Translations under genes and position numbers: made by a program
Shown here: positions 20,046 to 28,178 of the stretch, one piece after another
How the letters are laid out: each line of letters starts with the position of its first letter
Numbering within the stretch: position 1 is the first letter of the stretch
Notes under the pieces: generated by a model
Databases searched by the model: none
Seen by the model: the letters and a program-made list of their open reading frames with translations, nothing else
Told to the model about the DNA's origin: nothing
Assembly: GCA_016860985.1 (NCBI GenBank)
Contig: BOKM01000001.1
Coordinates: forward strand, 463,462-527,461
From: Patescibacteria group bacterium
GTDB lineage: Bacteria; Patescibacteriota; Dojkabacteria; GCA-002793355
Length of the DNA stretch: 64,000 bases
Reading direction: 5' to 3'

Positions 20046-20675
20046 TTATTGGACTCCGGCCTTCTTTAGCTTTGTAATCACAAAATATGTTAATGGTGTT
20101 GCCACTACTTCATATACTACTTTTACGACCCATTGAGTAAGAACCATCGTTACGATTTGTGCCGATGCTAATAGTCCTCCAAATGCGATCCCCAGAAATA
20201 AGATTGTATCTACACCTTCACCGAGCACCGTTGAGGAGATAGTTCTCAACCACAAAAACCTGCCCTTGGTCAATTCCTTGATTTTGTGCATGCTCCAAGC
20301 GTTTAAAAGAGAGCCTCCCAAATAGCCGGAAAATGAAGCAACGAGGATTCTCGGTGCTACACCTAAAATAGCATCAAAGCTGAGCTGTAAATCCCAAAAA
20401 GGAGCAGCAGGCAAGGCTTGGGCAGCAGCGATGGCAAGCACCACAATAAAGTTTGCAACAAAACCAAGTAGAATTGCGAATTTTGCTTTCTGAAATCCAA
20501 ATATCTCCGTCATTACATCTCCAATGATGTAACTTAATGGGAAAACTACTATACCAGCAGGAAGAAAAACGCCACCAAGTCCCACAATTTTTACAGCAAT
20601 TATATTGGCAGCAATCAGACAGGCAATAAATAAAGAGGTCAACCCAACAAAATAACCTGAATACATAATTTGCAA
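20046..20675 (-). CDS. yhhQ: queuosine-precursor (preQ0/preQ1) transporter, YhhQ/DUF165 (VUT) family
   Basis: ~209 aa with 6 TM helices and the YhhQ-like pattern 'IAANIIAVKIV...FPLSYIIGDVMTEIFG...FVANFIV'. TTG start. Divergent from the TGT-like operon. Confidence 0.75.
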   Translation of the reverse strand: MQIMYSGYFVGLTSLFIACLIAANIIAVKIVGLGGVFLPAGIVVFPLSYIIGDVMTEIFGFQKAKFAILLGFVANFIVVLAIAAAQALPAAPFWDLQLSFDAILGVAPRILVASFSGYLGGSLLNAWSMHKIKELTKGRFLWLRTISSTVLGEGVDTILFLGIAFGGLLASAQIVTMVLTQWVVKVVYEVVATPLTYFVITKLKKAGVQ

Positions 20676-20728
20676 TCAAATTTATCTTTCTACCGATGAT
20701 ACATTAAGTTAGGCCCCCCCTCAATAGC

Positions 20729-20757
20729 TTGACTATGGGACCGCACTTCTTTAAAAT
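20729..20757 (+). promoter_or_regulatory. sigma70-like promoter (TTGACT-17 nt-TAAAAT) ending 5 nt before the ATG at 20763 (leaderless)
   Basis: TTGACT at 20729-20734, 17-nt spacer, TAAAAT at 20752-20757, ATG at 20763. No Shine-Dalgarno sequence. Confidence 0.5.
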
Positions 20758-20762
20758 AACGC

Positions 20763-21545
20763 ATGCGCCTTGCGATTATTGCACCAAATGCATATCTGCA
20801 GGATTTTTCAGCTTTTCATAACAACTCATACCATCTTGTTCTTGCACATCGATTCAACTCCGAGCCCGAATACCGTAGTTTTTACATTGAGCAAAGAAAG
20901 AAGACTCACAGTTTTATAATTCTTGATAACGGAGCTTGCGAACTCGGAGAGTCGATTAACAATGGCACACTACTAGAAACTGCCAGTGTCCTTCGTCCTG
21001 ACGTACTTGTTCTTCCCGACGTCTTGCATCAAAGTCAAGCAACAATTGCCAGAACAGAGAAATTCATTGAGTCCTATAAACACCAGAACAAAATAAAGTG
21101 CAAATTGATGGCAGTTGTACAGGGCAAAACAAGAAAGGAGTGGCTCTCAACATTATCTTCCTTTACCTCTAATCCATATATCGATATGATTGGGATTTCG
21201 AGTACAAACGCCGTATACCCGAAGACAAAAAACTACTATACCAGAATCAAAACACTTAGGTATTTGCATCAAAGACAACTTATAGGGAAGAAAAAAATTC
21301 ATATGCTCGGGTTAGATGACTCTGGACACTTCGAATTACGTCATTTCTCAAAATATTCCTTCATCGAAGGAGCAGATTCTAGCGCTCCAGTAGTTCATGG
21401 AGCAAAAGGGATAAAAATTTACAAGAACAAGCGTTACGAAAAGATTCGAACGTATCTACCAAGCGATGCAATCCTCACGAAGGAGCAGGTATTAGCAGTA
21501 AAAGCTAATCTGCAAGTATTTTTTGACATGGCTTCACATGAATAG
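20763..21545 (+). CDS. TGT-like (tRNA/DNA-guanine transglycosylase-like, DpdA-like) minimal TIM-barrel protein, putative
   Basis: Four collinear matches to TGT motifs with TGT-like spacing: 'FIILDNGACE' (cf. ILTDSGGFQ, catalytic Asp), 'LMAVVQGK' (cf. FGIIQGS), 'IHMLGLDD' (cf. LMGVGKPDD) and 'GADSSAPV' (cf. FDCVMPTR). 260 aa, with no CxCxxC...H zinc subdomain. Confidence 0.45.
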   Translation: MRLAIIAPNAYLQDFSAFHNNSYHLVLAHRFNSEPEYRSFYIEQRKKTHSFIILDNGACELGESINNGTLLETASVLRPDVLVLPDVLHQSQATIARTEKFIESYKHQNKIKCKLMAVVQGKTRKEWLSTLSSFTSNPYIDMIGISSTNAVYPKTKNYYTRIKTLRYLHQRQLIGKKKIHMLGLDDSGHFELRHFSKYSFIEGADSSAPVVHGAKGIKIYKNKRYEKIRTYLPSDAILTKEQVLAVKANLQVFFDMASHE

Positions 21546-23292
21546 AAAAATATTTGTATCGGGCGAAGGTGCTCGAGGAGCAGGAAAAACCTCTACGTTA
21601 AATGTTCTACTGCAAGAATCTACGACTCCCACTGCTGTTAACAGGGTAGCCCCAAACATACCTACAGAGCACCTTCTTCTGATTGACACTCATAAAGCGA
21701 CAAGCCCGTTTCACAAGAGAGCGCTCGAAATACATAAACAGTGGGAAGAAGCCGTCAAAACCCCAGGTGAAGGTGCAGAGCGATTATCATGGAAAAAGTT
21801 TGAGCTCGGAATACTACAGCTACGGTATGAATCCGACAGCTATCACGACGCAACTAGCAAAGCGGAGCAAATTTTTCTCGATAGAGATATTGATACAGCT
21901 GTCGTATACTCTGCAGCAGAGATTATTTTATCCAATCCTCACAAATACGATTCGGTACGTTCGCATATTGCGCTACTACACAATCTATGGCAGAAAGTAT
22001 ATTCAGTATGCCAGACAAACGACTGGGACGTGAGCACTTTTCCACACCTTGATACCGAAGATGATGTCTTATCATTAGTTGATTTTTTAAAACAACAACC
22101 CTTAAGGGATATACCCACTAATACCTTTTACTTCTTTACAAAAGATAAGACTGAATCACTAAAAAGGAGCCACACTTTACGTATAGACACTGCACTCGAA
22201 TACAATCTCACCGTAGTACAGCAAGCAACACAAGATATTATCCAACCATTGTACCTCTATTCCTTTCTCATCCGAAAACAATTATTCCCTGAGGCGCAAG
22301 TTCATTATCTCTCTTCAGATGCGCACAACATCAAAGAGCTCGCGAATTTGGTAAAACTACATGTTAATACGACGACGCTTGAGGTTCCAGGCGCAGACCA
22401 TATCCCCGTTAAGCTACGAATACCTTTTAACAAAGACCACTCCCTACCCTCATCCATTGAGACGCTTAGCCAAGTAATATTCGAAAGCACTGTTGGATCA
22501 ACCTTCCCAAGCAAACGAGAAGTACACATTAATGGAGAATCAAATTGTGTTTACAACAATAAGGCACTGTACGAATACGCATCATTACTAGGACTTGGCC
22601 ACATTGAATTCGTCCAAATTCAACGAGAGACATTCTCTGAAACTTGTCCTGTCCACTGGGCGTGTATTGAGTGGCTTACTCCCCAAAGAGATACTGCACG
22701 AATAATTGATCTGACACCTTTTAGAATTAAGCCCTACATTTCCCAACCTTGTAAAGTTACACACAATGGGGATACATACCAACTGACCTCGCTCACACAA
22801 CAGCCTATTGAATTTACTCAAGTAAAGAAAGAAACGTCATTAATTCCAGAAAGAGCCATGGAATTCGCCTATAACGTTGAATATACTTTCCAGGAAGAAT
22901 CGTTACAAGCATTAACACGTGAGGGATATGAATTGTTAGGCCAATCAAACAACGAATCGCAGAATATATTTTTAACTATTAGGTTAGGAAGATTGTTGCA
23001 GAAACAGGAACGCATCCAAGAGGCAGTCGAATTGCTTGAGCGAGCAGTGACCACTTTCCCGCAAAATCTTATACTTGCCAGGGAAGTTGCAAAGTATGTC
23101 ATTGATGGGTACATTAAATTCGTACCACCGTATTTTTATACTTACCTCAGTAACGCAAACCAGATTCTTGAACGAACTACCCAAACAATGCGAGAACATG
23201 ATATTGATGAAACTGAAATCAATGCGTATTATGAGTATAGGAAATTTATTCCACATGCACTTAAGTTAATCACCGAAGAACATGAAAGTTGA
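21538..23292 (+). CDS. P-loop nucleoside/nucleotide-kinase-like domain fused to a ~400-aa uncharacterised Cys-containing, partly TPR-like C-terminal domain
   Basis: N-terminus 'KIFVSGEGARGAGKTST' is a dNK/thymidylate-kinase-type Walker A, followed by 'LDRDIDTAVVY'. The C-terminal region contains 'CVYNN', 'CPVHWACIEW', 'PCKVTHNGDTYQ' and a helical repeat (LERAVTTFPQNLILAREVAKYV). The ATG at 21538 overlaps the upstream stop by 8 nt; the track start is a TTG at 21523. Confidence 0.5.
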   Translation: MNRKIFVSGEGARGAGKTSTLNVLLQESTTPTAVNRVAPNIPTEHLLLIDTHKATSPFHKRALEIHKQWEEAVKTPGEGAERLSWKKFELGILQLRYESDSYHDATSKAEQIFLDRDIDTAVVYSAAEIILSNPHKYDSVRSHIALLHNLWQKVYSVCQTNDWDVSTFPHLDTEDDVLSLVDFLKQQPLRDIPTNTFYFFTKDKTESLKRSHTLRIDTALEYNLTVVQQATQDIIQPLYLYSFLIRKQLFPEAQVHYLSSDAHNIKELANLVKLHVNTTTLEVPGADHIPVKLRIPFNKDHSLPSSIETLSQVIFESTVGSTFPSKREVHINGESNCVYNNKALYEYASLLGLGHIEFVQIQRETFSETCPVHWACIEWLTPQRDTARIIDLTPFRIKPYISQPCKVTHNGDTYQLTSLTQQPIEFTQVKKETSLIPERAMEFAYNVEYTFQEESLQALTREGYELLGQSNNESQNIFLTIRLGRLLQKQERIQEAVELLERAVTTFPQNLILAREVAKYVIDGYIKFVPPYFYTYLSNANQILERTTQTMREHDIDETEINAYYEYRKFIPHALKLITEEHES

Positions 23293-23794
23293 TCAAGCAA
23301 AACTTGGAGTAGGTACAATCTGTTACCTACACTCAAACGACTCTTACTTACTAGGCGAAAAAAAGTACGGTGGCGCACAAGGTAAAGTTAATGGGTTTGG
23401 TGGCAAGATCGAAACGACAGACCAATCAATCTATGATGCAGTTAAGAGGGAATTTCGTGAAGAAACATCAATCCAACTCAACGCACCCAAGTATTGTGGC
23501 ATTATCGAAATTTTTAAGAACGAGACGAGAAAAGCAATTTTTTATCTGTTTAAAGCAGATGACTTTATCGGCCAACCTCAAGAATCTGAGGAGATGAAAG
23601 TGTACTGGGTGAAAAATACTGAGGTCCCTTTCGAAAAAATGTGGGCATCAGATGCATTATGGCTTCCACTCTTTCTTAAAAATGACAATATACGTGTAAA
23701 ACTTTATTTTCAGGAAGGCAATGACAAAGCAGATCGAATGGAAGTAACCTTTAATGCGACTCTAGATGAAACATATCACGAAAACTTTATCTAA
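23282..23794 (+). CDS. Nudix hydrolase
   Basis: Nudix box 'GGKIETTDQSIYDAVKREFREETSI' (GX5EX7REUXEEXGU-like). 170 aa. The start overlaps the upstream stop (ATGAAAGTTGA). Confidence 0.75.
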   Translation: MKVDQAKLGVGTICYLHSNDSYLLGEKKYGGAQGKVNGFGGKIETTDQSIYDAVKREFREETSIQLNAPKYCGIIEIFKNETRKAIFYLFKADDFIGQPQESEEMKVYWVKNTEVPFEKMWASDALWLPLFLKNDNIRVKLYFQEGNDKADRMEVTFNATLDETYHENFI

Positions 23795-24668
23795 GGTTCC
23801 ATCCTATTTGATAGAAACTATTGAGAAGGAATCTATTCCCTACCTCGAGCAAGTTCGTGTAAAGGAATATTCTAAACGTCTTCCACCACTTGAAGGGCAA
23901 AGAGTTGCAGTAATCCCTTGGAGTGGTGGGTTAGACTCAACAACCAGTCTTATCATGGCGATAGAAGCAGGCATCTCAATCAGGACCATATTTCTGAATT
24001 ACGGACAACCTTACATAAAGAAAGAATTGCTCGCAACCAATAAGTTAGAAAAACTGATACGCGCAAAATATCCGGAAGCAGATTGGACCGAGCATTACAT
24101 AGTCGATGTGAGCTTCATAGACCAGCTTGTGAAATCGAAATTCAACGGAGAATGGGGACATATTTTCCCAATGCGTAACTTTCTCATCCTTGAAGAATCA
24201 GCCGCGATAGCACAACCAAATAGATACACAGAAGTTTGGTTTAGCAGTGTGCAAGGAGAAATGCCTTATTCAGGAGGAGACAAGAGTGTGGTATTTCTCA
24301 CCTATATGAAAGAAATTTTTGGAAAACGGAATATTAATTTAACCACGCCGCTCGTCGGCCTCACAAAGGCAGATATGGTTCAATGGGCTATTGCCCAACT
24401 AGATAGGTTCCGTATTATTCGACATACGATATCCTGCTTCAACGGAGAAGGAGATTCCCACTGTGGTGAATGTCAAGCTTGTTTCAATCGTGCAGTAGCA
24501 TTTTTCGCTGCAAATCAACTCCCACTTAGCGGAGTCCCTTACCACAAAAACGCATTGCAAAATTTTGGAGAAAATTATATTCGTAAACTTGCTAAAGAAA
24601 GTTATTACTCCCCAACAAGAAGAAGCCAGTTACAGCAGTTCATAAACTTTATAAGCCAACAAACATGA
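23766..24668 (+). CDS. QueC-family PP-loop ATPase (7-cyano-7-deazaguanine synthase homologue) with a ~50-aa N-terminal extension
   Basis: Collinear with B. subtilis QueC: PP-loop 'VAVIPWSGGLDSTT' (SGGxDS), 'NYGQ' (cf. DYGQRH), 'PMRNFLIL' (cf. PGRNLLFL) and a C-terminal zinc site 'SCFNGEGDSHCGECQAC' (cf. CYNG...GCGECPAC). Confidence 0.8.
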   Translation: MKHITKTLSKVPSYLIETIEKESIPYLEQVRVKEYSKRLPPLEGQRVAVIPWSGGLDSTTSLIMAIEAGISIRTIFLNYGQPYIKKELLATNKLEKLIRAKYPEADWTEHYIVDVSFIDQLVKSKFNGEWGHIFPMRNFLILEESAAIAQPNRYTEVWFSSVQGEMPYSGGDKSVVFLTYMKEIFGKRNINLTTPLVGLTKADMVQWAIAQLDRFRIIRHTISCFNGEGDSHCGECQACFNRAVAFFAANQLPLSGVPYHKNALQNFGENYIRKLAKESYYSPTRRSQLQQFINFISQQT

Positions 24669-25534
24669 TTAGCTTTGTTATACCCTCTTATCAGCGAGCA
24701 GACGGTGCAATCTTTATGATACTTAATTTGTTGCACCAAACAGTTTTCACAAAATATCCAACAGAACTAATACTGTCTATTGATGAAACTGATACCCAAA
24801 AAGAATTGTATGCAAACTACATCATTCAAGCAAAAAAAATTGCGCAAGAAATCGTACCTGCATGTAACATATCACTCCTGGTTAATCAGACAAAAGGCTT
24901 AGTCGCAGCAAAGAATAACGCTGTGCGAGCTTCTAAATACGAGTTCATCATGATGCTCGATGATGATCTTGCTGCAGTAGATAATTACGTTGAAGCCTTG
25001 TTAGCCGACATGAAGGCTGCCCCTTCAGTAGGTGCTATTTCAGGATTTATAGTTTCATACCTTTCTGCTATATCTCACACTCAACCCTCCGATTTCATTG
25101 AAGAGGTACCTAAGGAATCGCATCTACAGACACTAAAACTGGACTCCAACAATGGTGCTTGGAGAACATTTTTCGGCAAGAAAGAGCAGGTCATGGATTG
25201 GAGTAGAATCAATAAGAATATTCCTTCTACGGTTCGCTATACCATGGACTATTTTGTCAATTCGTATCTCTTTAGAAGAAGCGCATACAACAAAATAGGT
25301 GGATACTCAAATGATTTAAATTCTAAGACATCTGCCCACGAGGAGGTCGATTTCACTTATAGAATGAGAAAAGCTGGCTACCAACTTCTTTTTAATCCAT
25401 TTGTCCAGATGTGGCATATTACCGTCGGCCACGGAGGTATCTACAAAGGAGCAGATTACAATGAGAGTAAAGAAATCTTAGAAAAAGAGTATAAAGAAAG
25501 TATACCTCTATTTGTTCAGTCGATTTCCAGGTAG
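24665..25534 (+). CDS. family 2 glycosyltransferase
   Basis: 'ISFVIPSYQRADG' N-terminal GT-A start and the 'FIMMLDDDL' DxD motif. ATGA overlap with the QueC-like stop. Confidence 0.7.
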   Translation: MISFVIPSYQRADGAIFMILNLLHQTVFTKYPTELILSIDETDTQKELYANYIIQAKKIAQEIVPACNISLLVNQTKGLVAAKNNAVRASKYEFIMMLDDDLAAVDNYVEALLADMKAAPSVGAISGFIVSYLSAISHTQPSDFIEEVPKESHLQTLKLDSNNGAWRTFFGKKEQVMDWSRINKNIPSTVRYTMDYFVNSYLFRRSAYNKIGGYSNDLNSKTSAHEEVDFTYRMRKAGYQLLFNPFVQMWHITVGHGGIYKGADYNESKEILEKEYKESIPLFVQSISR

Positions 25535-25577
25535 AATCCTTGCCCTCAAGCTGTTTCCGTGTTAAACTCGCGCAAAG

Positions 25578-26372
25578 ATGAAATCCCCGTATGTTCAGGG
25601 TTTGAAACAGGGGTTCGCCGAACTTTCAGTCTACTCTCTCGATTTCCTGTTTGGGTTATTCCAAGCAGTTGCGCTTGTCGGCTTTGAAATACTCCTGTGG
25701 ACTTTTGTCCTCCCTGCTGATAACCAAACTGCCCTATTTGAACGCACCTCTTATTTTTTGCTAGCCAATGGCATTGCCTTGGTAATCGGAGGTGCCCGAT
25801 ATCGCTTTGCCAGAGATTTATCACTCGTCATCAAAGAGGGAACGTTGTCGCACTACCTTCTTAAACCGATTAATCCTGTACTTTACATCTATTCAGAACA
25901 TGTTGGAGGAAAAGGACCAGATTTTATGATCGGATTAATTTTTATAATCATGGGAACTTTGTGGATACCGACCTTTACGCTCGTTAAGCTACCATTGTTG
26001 TTGATAACGCTGGCTGCAGCTCTCATAAATACAATCTCACTAAACGTTATCGCAGGGGCTGTAGCCTTTTGGACAACCGAGGCAAACGGTATTAAGAATG
26101 CCTTTGCGCAAACAACGCGATTATTTAACGGACAGCAAGTTCCCATCAATCTTTTCATGGAAATGATCAGTCCTTTTTGGGCGCAATTCTTGTATATTCT
26201 CCCCTTCGCAAGTGTTGCATATACGCCAACGCACATAGTTATTGCCAAAACATTCGACGCAATAGATTTTAGATTTATCATCGCTTCGATTATCTGGGCG
26301 TTCATTCTCCCGTTACTCGCAACACTAATTTGGAATAGAGGACTCAAACGATATGAGGGGACTGGTCTCTAA
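25578..26372 (+). CDS. ABC-2-type transporter permease (6 TM)
   Basis: 264-aa polytopic membrane protein. First of two permeases preceding an ABC ATPase in the same operon. Confidence 0.55.
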   Translation: MKSPYVQGLKQGFAELSVYSLDFLFGLFQAVALVGFEILLWTFVLPADNQTALFERTSYFLLANGIALVIGGARYRFARDLSLVIKEGTLSHYLLKPINPVLYIYSEHVGGKGPDFMIGLIFIIMGTLWIPTFTLVKLPLLLITLAAALINTISLNVIAGAVAFWTTEANGIKNAFAQTTRLFNGQQVPINLFMEMISPFWAQFLYILPFASVAYTPTHIVIAKTFDAIDFRFIIASIIWAFILPLLATLIWNRGLKRYEGTGL

Positions 26373-27171
26373 CCTACGATTCTACTTTCGAGTACTTGCA
26401 AAAAAGATTTTGTTTGCCTGGCAGATAGAAACGGCTTACGCAGGGAACACGATAGGTGAGCTTTTTTCAACCATTTTTTACAACATTACCTTTATTATTT
26501 TTATCGATATTGTACTGCGAAAATATAAGCTGCTCGCTGGCTACTCTTTCAACGATATGCTGGTACTTGTTTTTGTGACACAGATTGTATTCTATACAGG
26601 ACTAACTATTACTTACGATAGCATGTCAAAATTCGTACAATCTGTAAGAGATGGTATTTTTGATACGTACCTTCTCAAACCGATGTCTGTTTTCTTTCAA
26701 GTGATGACCTTAAGCATCAGGCCGTTTTCTGGGCTGTTCTTTTCTGTTCCACCATTGCTAATTTATGTAGTGCTCATCATTAAAAATCAAGCATTTCATC
26801 CCGAACCTTTTGGGCTAACGGTTGGCTTACTTGGAATGTTGGTTGGGATTCTCTACCTTCATTTTTATCGATTTACGTTTGCGATGTTCGTGTTTAAAAC
26901 AAAACAGGTAAAAAACCTACTCAAAACACTTGACCTACTTGGGGATGCTGGATCTTTTCCCTACGAGGCTTATGTTGAACCGTTTAGAACAATTGTCTTT
27001 TTTATTGCGCCATTTCTTGCTGCGGCTGCCATTCCTGCAACCTACTTCTTAAACAAAACGACTTCTCTTTGGCCATTTGTTATTCAGATTGGACTCATGC
27101 TATTTTTTATGACTACTGCACTACTTTTATGGAGAAAAGGATTAAAAGAATATGAATCAATTTCATCTTAA
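26353..27171 (+). CDS. ABC-2-type transporter permease (6 TM)
   Basis: 272-aa polytopic membrane protein. The start overlaps the previous permease stop. Confidence 0.55.
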   Translation: MRGLVSNLRFYFRVLAKKILFAWQIETAYAGNTIGELFSTIFYNITFIIFIDIVLRKYKLLAGYSFNDMLVLVFVTQIVFYTGLTITYDSMSKFVQSVRDGIFDTYLLKPMSVFFQVMTLSIRPFSGLFFSVPPLLIYVVLIIKNQAFHPEPFGLTVGLLGMLVGILYLHFYRFTFAMFVFKTKQVKNLLKTLDLLGDAGSFPYEAYVEPFRTIVFFIAPFLAAAAIPATYFLNKTTSLWPFVIQIGLMLFFMTTALLLWRKGLKEYESISS

Positions 27172-27186
27172 TTATTCACCCCTATT

Positions 27187-28170
27187 ATGAAACCAGTTAT
27201 CACTACACAAAACCTCAAAAAGGATTTTCTTGTTCCTGCACGACAGTCATTTTGGCAAAGACTGTTTACTCCAAAATACGAAGAAGTCACGGCTGTCGAC
27301 AACATTTCTTTTCACATTATGGAAGGCGAATCTGTTGCACTTCTTGGACCGAATGGCGCGGGCAAAACAACAACCATGAAAATGATGACCGGCATACTTT
27401 ATCCAACAGCCGGAAGTTGCAATGTGCTTGGATACAACCCTAATAAACGCAACCCTGCGATGCTTAAAAACATTGGCTTTGTAATGGGCAATAAAAGCAC
27501 GCTTTCTATGGACCTTTCCCCTATGCAAAACTACGAGCTTAACAGAGTTATTTACGATATTGATGCCACAAGATTTTATAACACGATAGACGAACTTGGG
27601 GAACTTCTTGAGGTAAAAGATCATTTATATAAACAAACACGAAAACTCTCGCTTGGACAAAGAATGAAAGCGGAAATGATAAACTCGATACTACACAGAC
27701 CGAAGATTCTCTTTCTAGACGAACCGACCATTGGACTAGACATCTCCTCTCAGAACAATATTCGCACATTTCTTAAAAAAGTTAACAAAGAGCTAGGAAC
27801 GACGATTATCCTTACGAGCCACAATATGGAAGATATTTCACAAGTTTCTGAAAGAGTACTTATAATCAATCAAGGCAAACTCGTTTACGACAACTCTCTC
27901 GAAATGCTGAAGCGGACTTTTTCAACAAAAAAATACATCAAGGTTATTGTTACAACAAAAGGAAACTCCCGCTCCTTTGAGAAAAAGTTTAAGCCATTTG
28001 GTGACATTGTCAGCTCTGGTAAAGATTTCGTGACGCTCGAAATTGATAAAAACAGACAGGCACCCATTATTGCAGCAATACTCAACATGGAGCACGTTCA
28101 TGATATCGATATTGAGGGGGTACCACTCACAAAAATCATAGAATCGATTTTCAAGAAAAAACTTGATTAG
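27187..28170 (+). CDS. ABC transporter ATP-binding protein with a C-terminal accessory (DUF4162-like) domain
   Basis: Walker A 'GPNGAGKTTTMKMM', signature 'LSLGQRMK', Walker B 'ILFLDEPTIGLD' and H-loop 'TSHNMED'. The C-terminal ~100-aa extension is typical of ABC-2 exporter ATPases. Confidence 0.9.
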   Translation: MKPVITTQNLKKDFLVPARQSFWQRLFTPKYEEVTAVDNISFHIMEGESVALLGPNGAGKTTTMKMMTGILYPTAGSCNVLGYNPNKRNPAMLKNIGFVMGNKSTLSMDLSPMQNYELNRVIYDIDATRFYNTIDELGELLEVKDHLYKQTRKLSLGQRMKAEMINSILHRPKILFLDEPTIGLDISSQNNIRTFLKKVNKELGTTIILTSHNMEDISQVSERVLIINQGKLVYDNSLEMLKRTFSTKKYIKVIVTTKGNSRSFEKKFKPFGDIVSSGKDFVTLEIDKNRQAPIIAAILNMEHVHDIDIEGVPLTKIIESIFKKKLD

Positions 28171-28178
28171 GTTACGTA

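Noticed and set aside
20714-20720. C7 homopolymeric tract in the yhhQ / TGT-like divergent intergenic region as a phase-variation site
   Set aside because: Seven residues is short for slipped-strand regulation. It lies outside coding sequence and ~10 nt upstream of the -35 hexamer. There is no supporting evidence.
20676-20762. preQ1 riboswitch (class I or II) upstream of yhhQ
   Set aside because: I looked for the small hairpin plus the A-rich ACAAAAAACUA tail on the minus strand upstream of yhhQ and did not find it. The intergenic region holds promoter-like hexamers only.
25546-25824. Minus-strand ORF 25546-25824 (92 aa) at the GT2/permease junction
   Set aside because: It overlaps the start of the ABC permease on the opposite strand. 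Its Gln/Gly-rich translation has no motif. The plus-strand operon organisation is more parsimonious.
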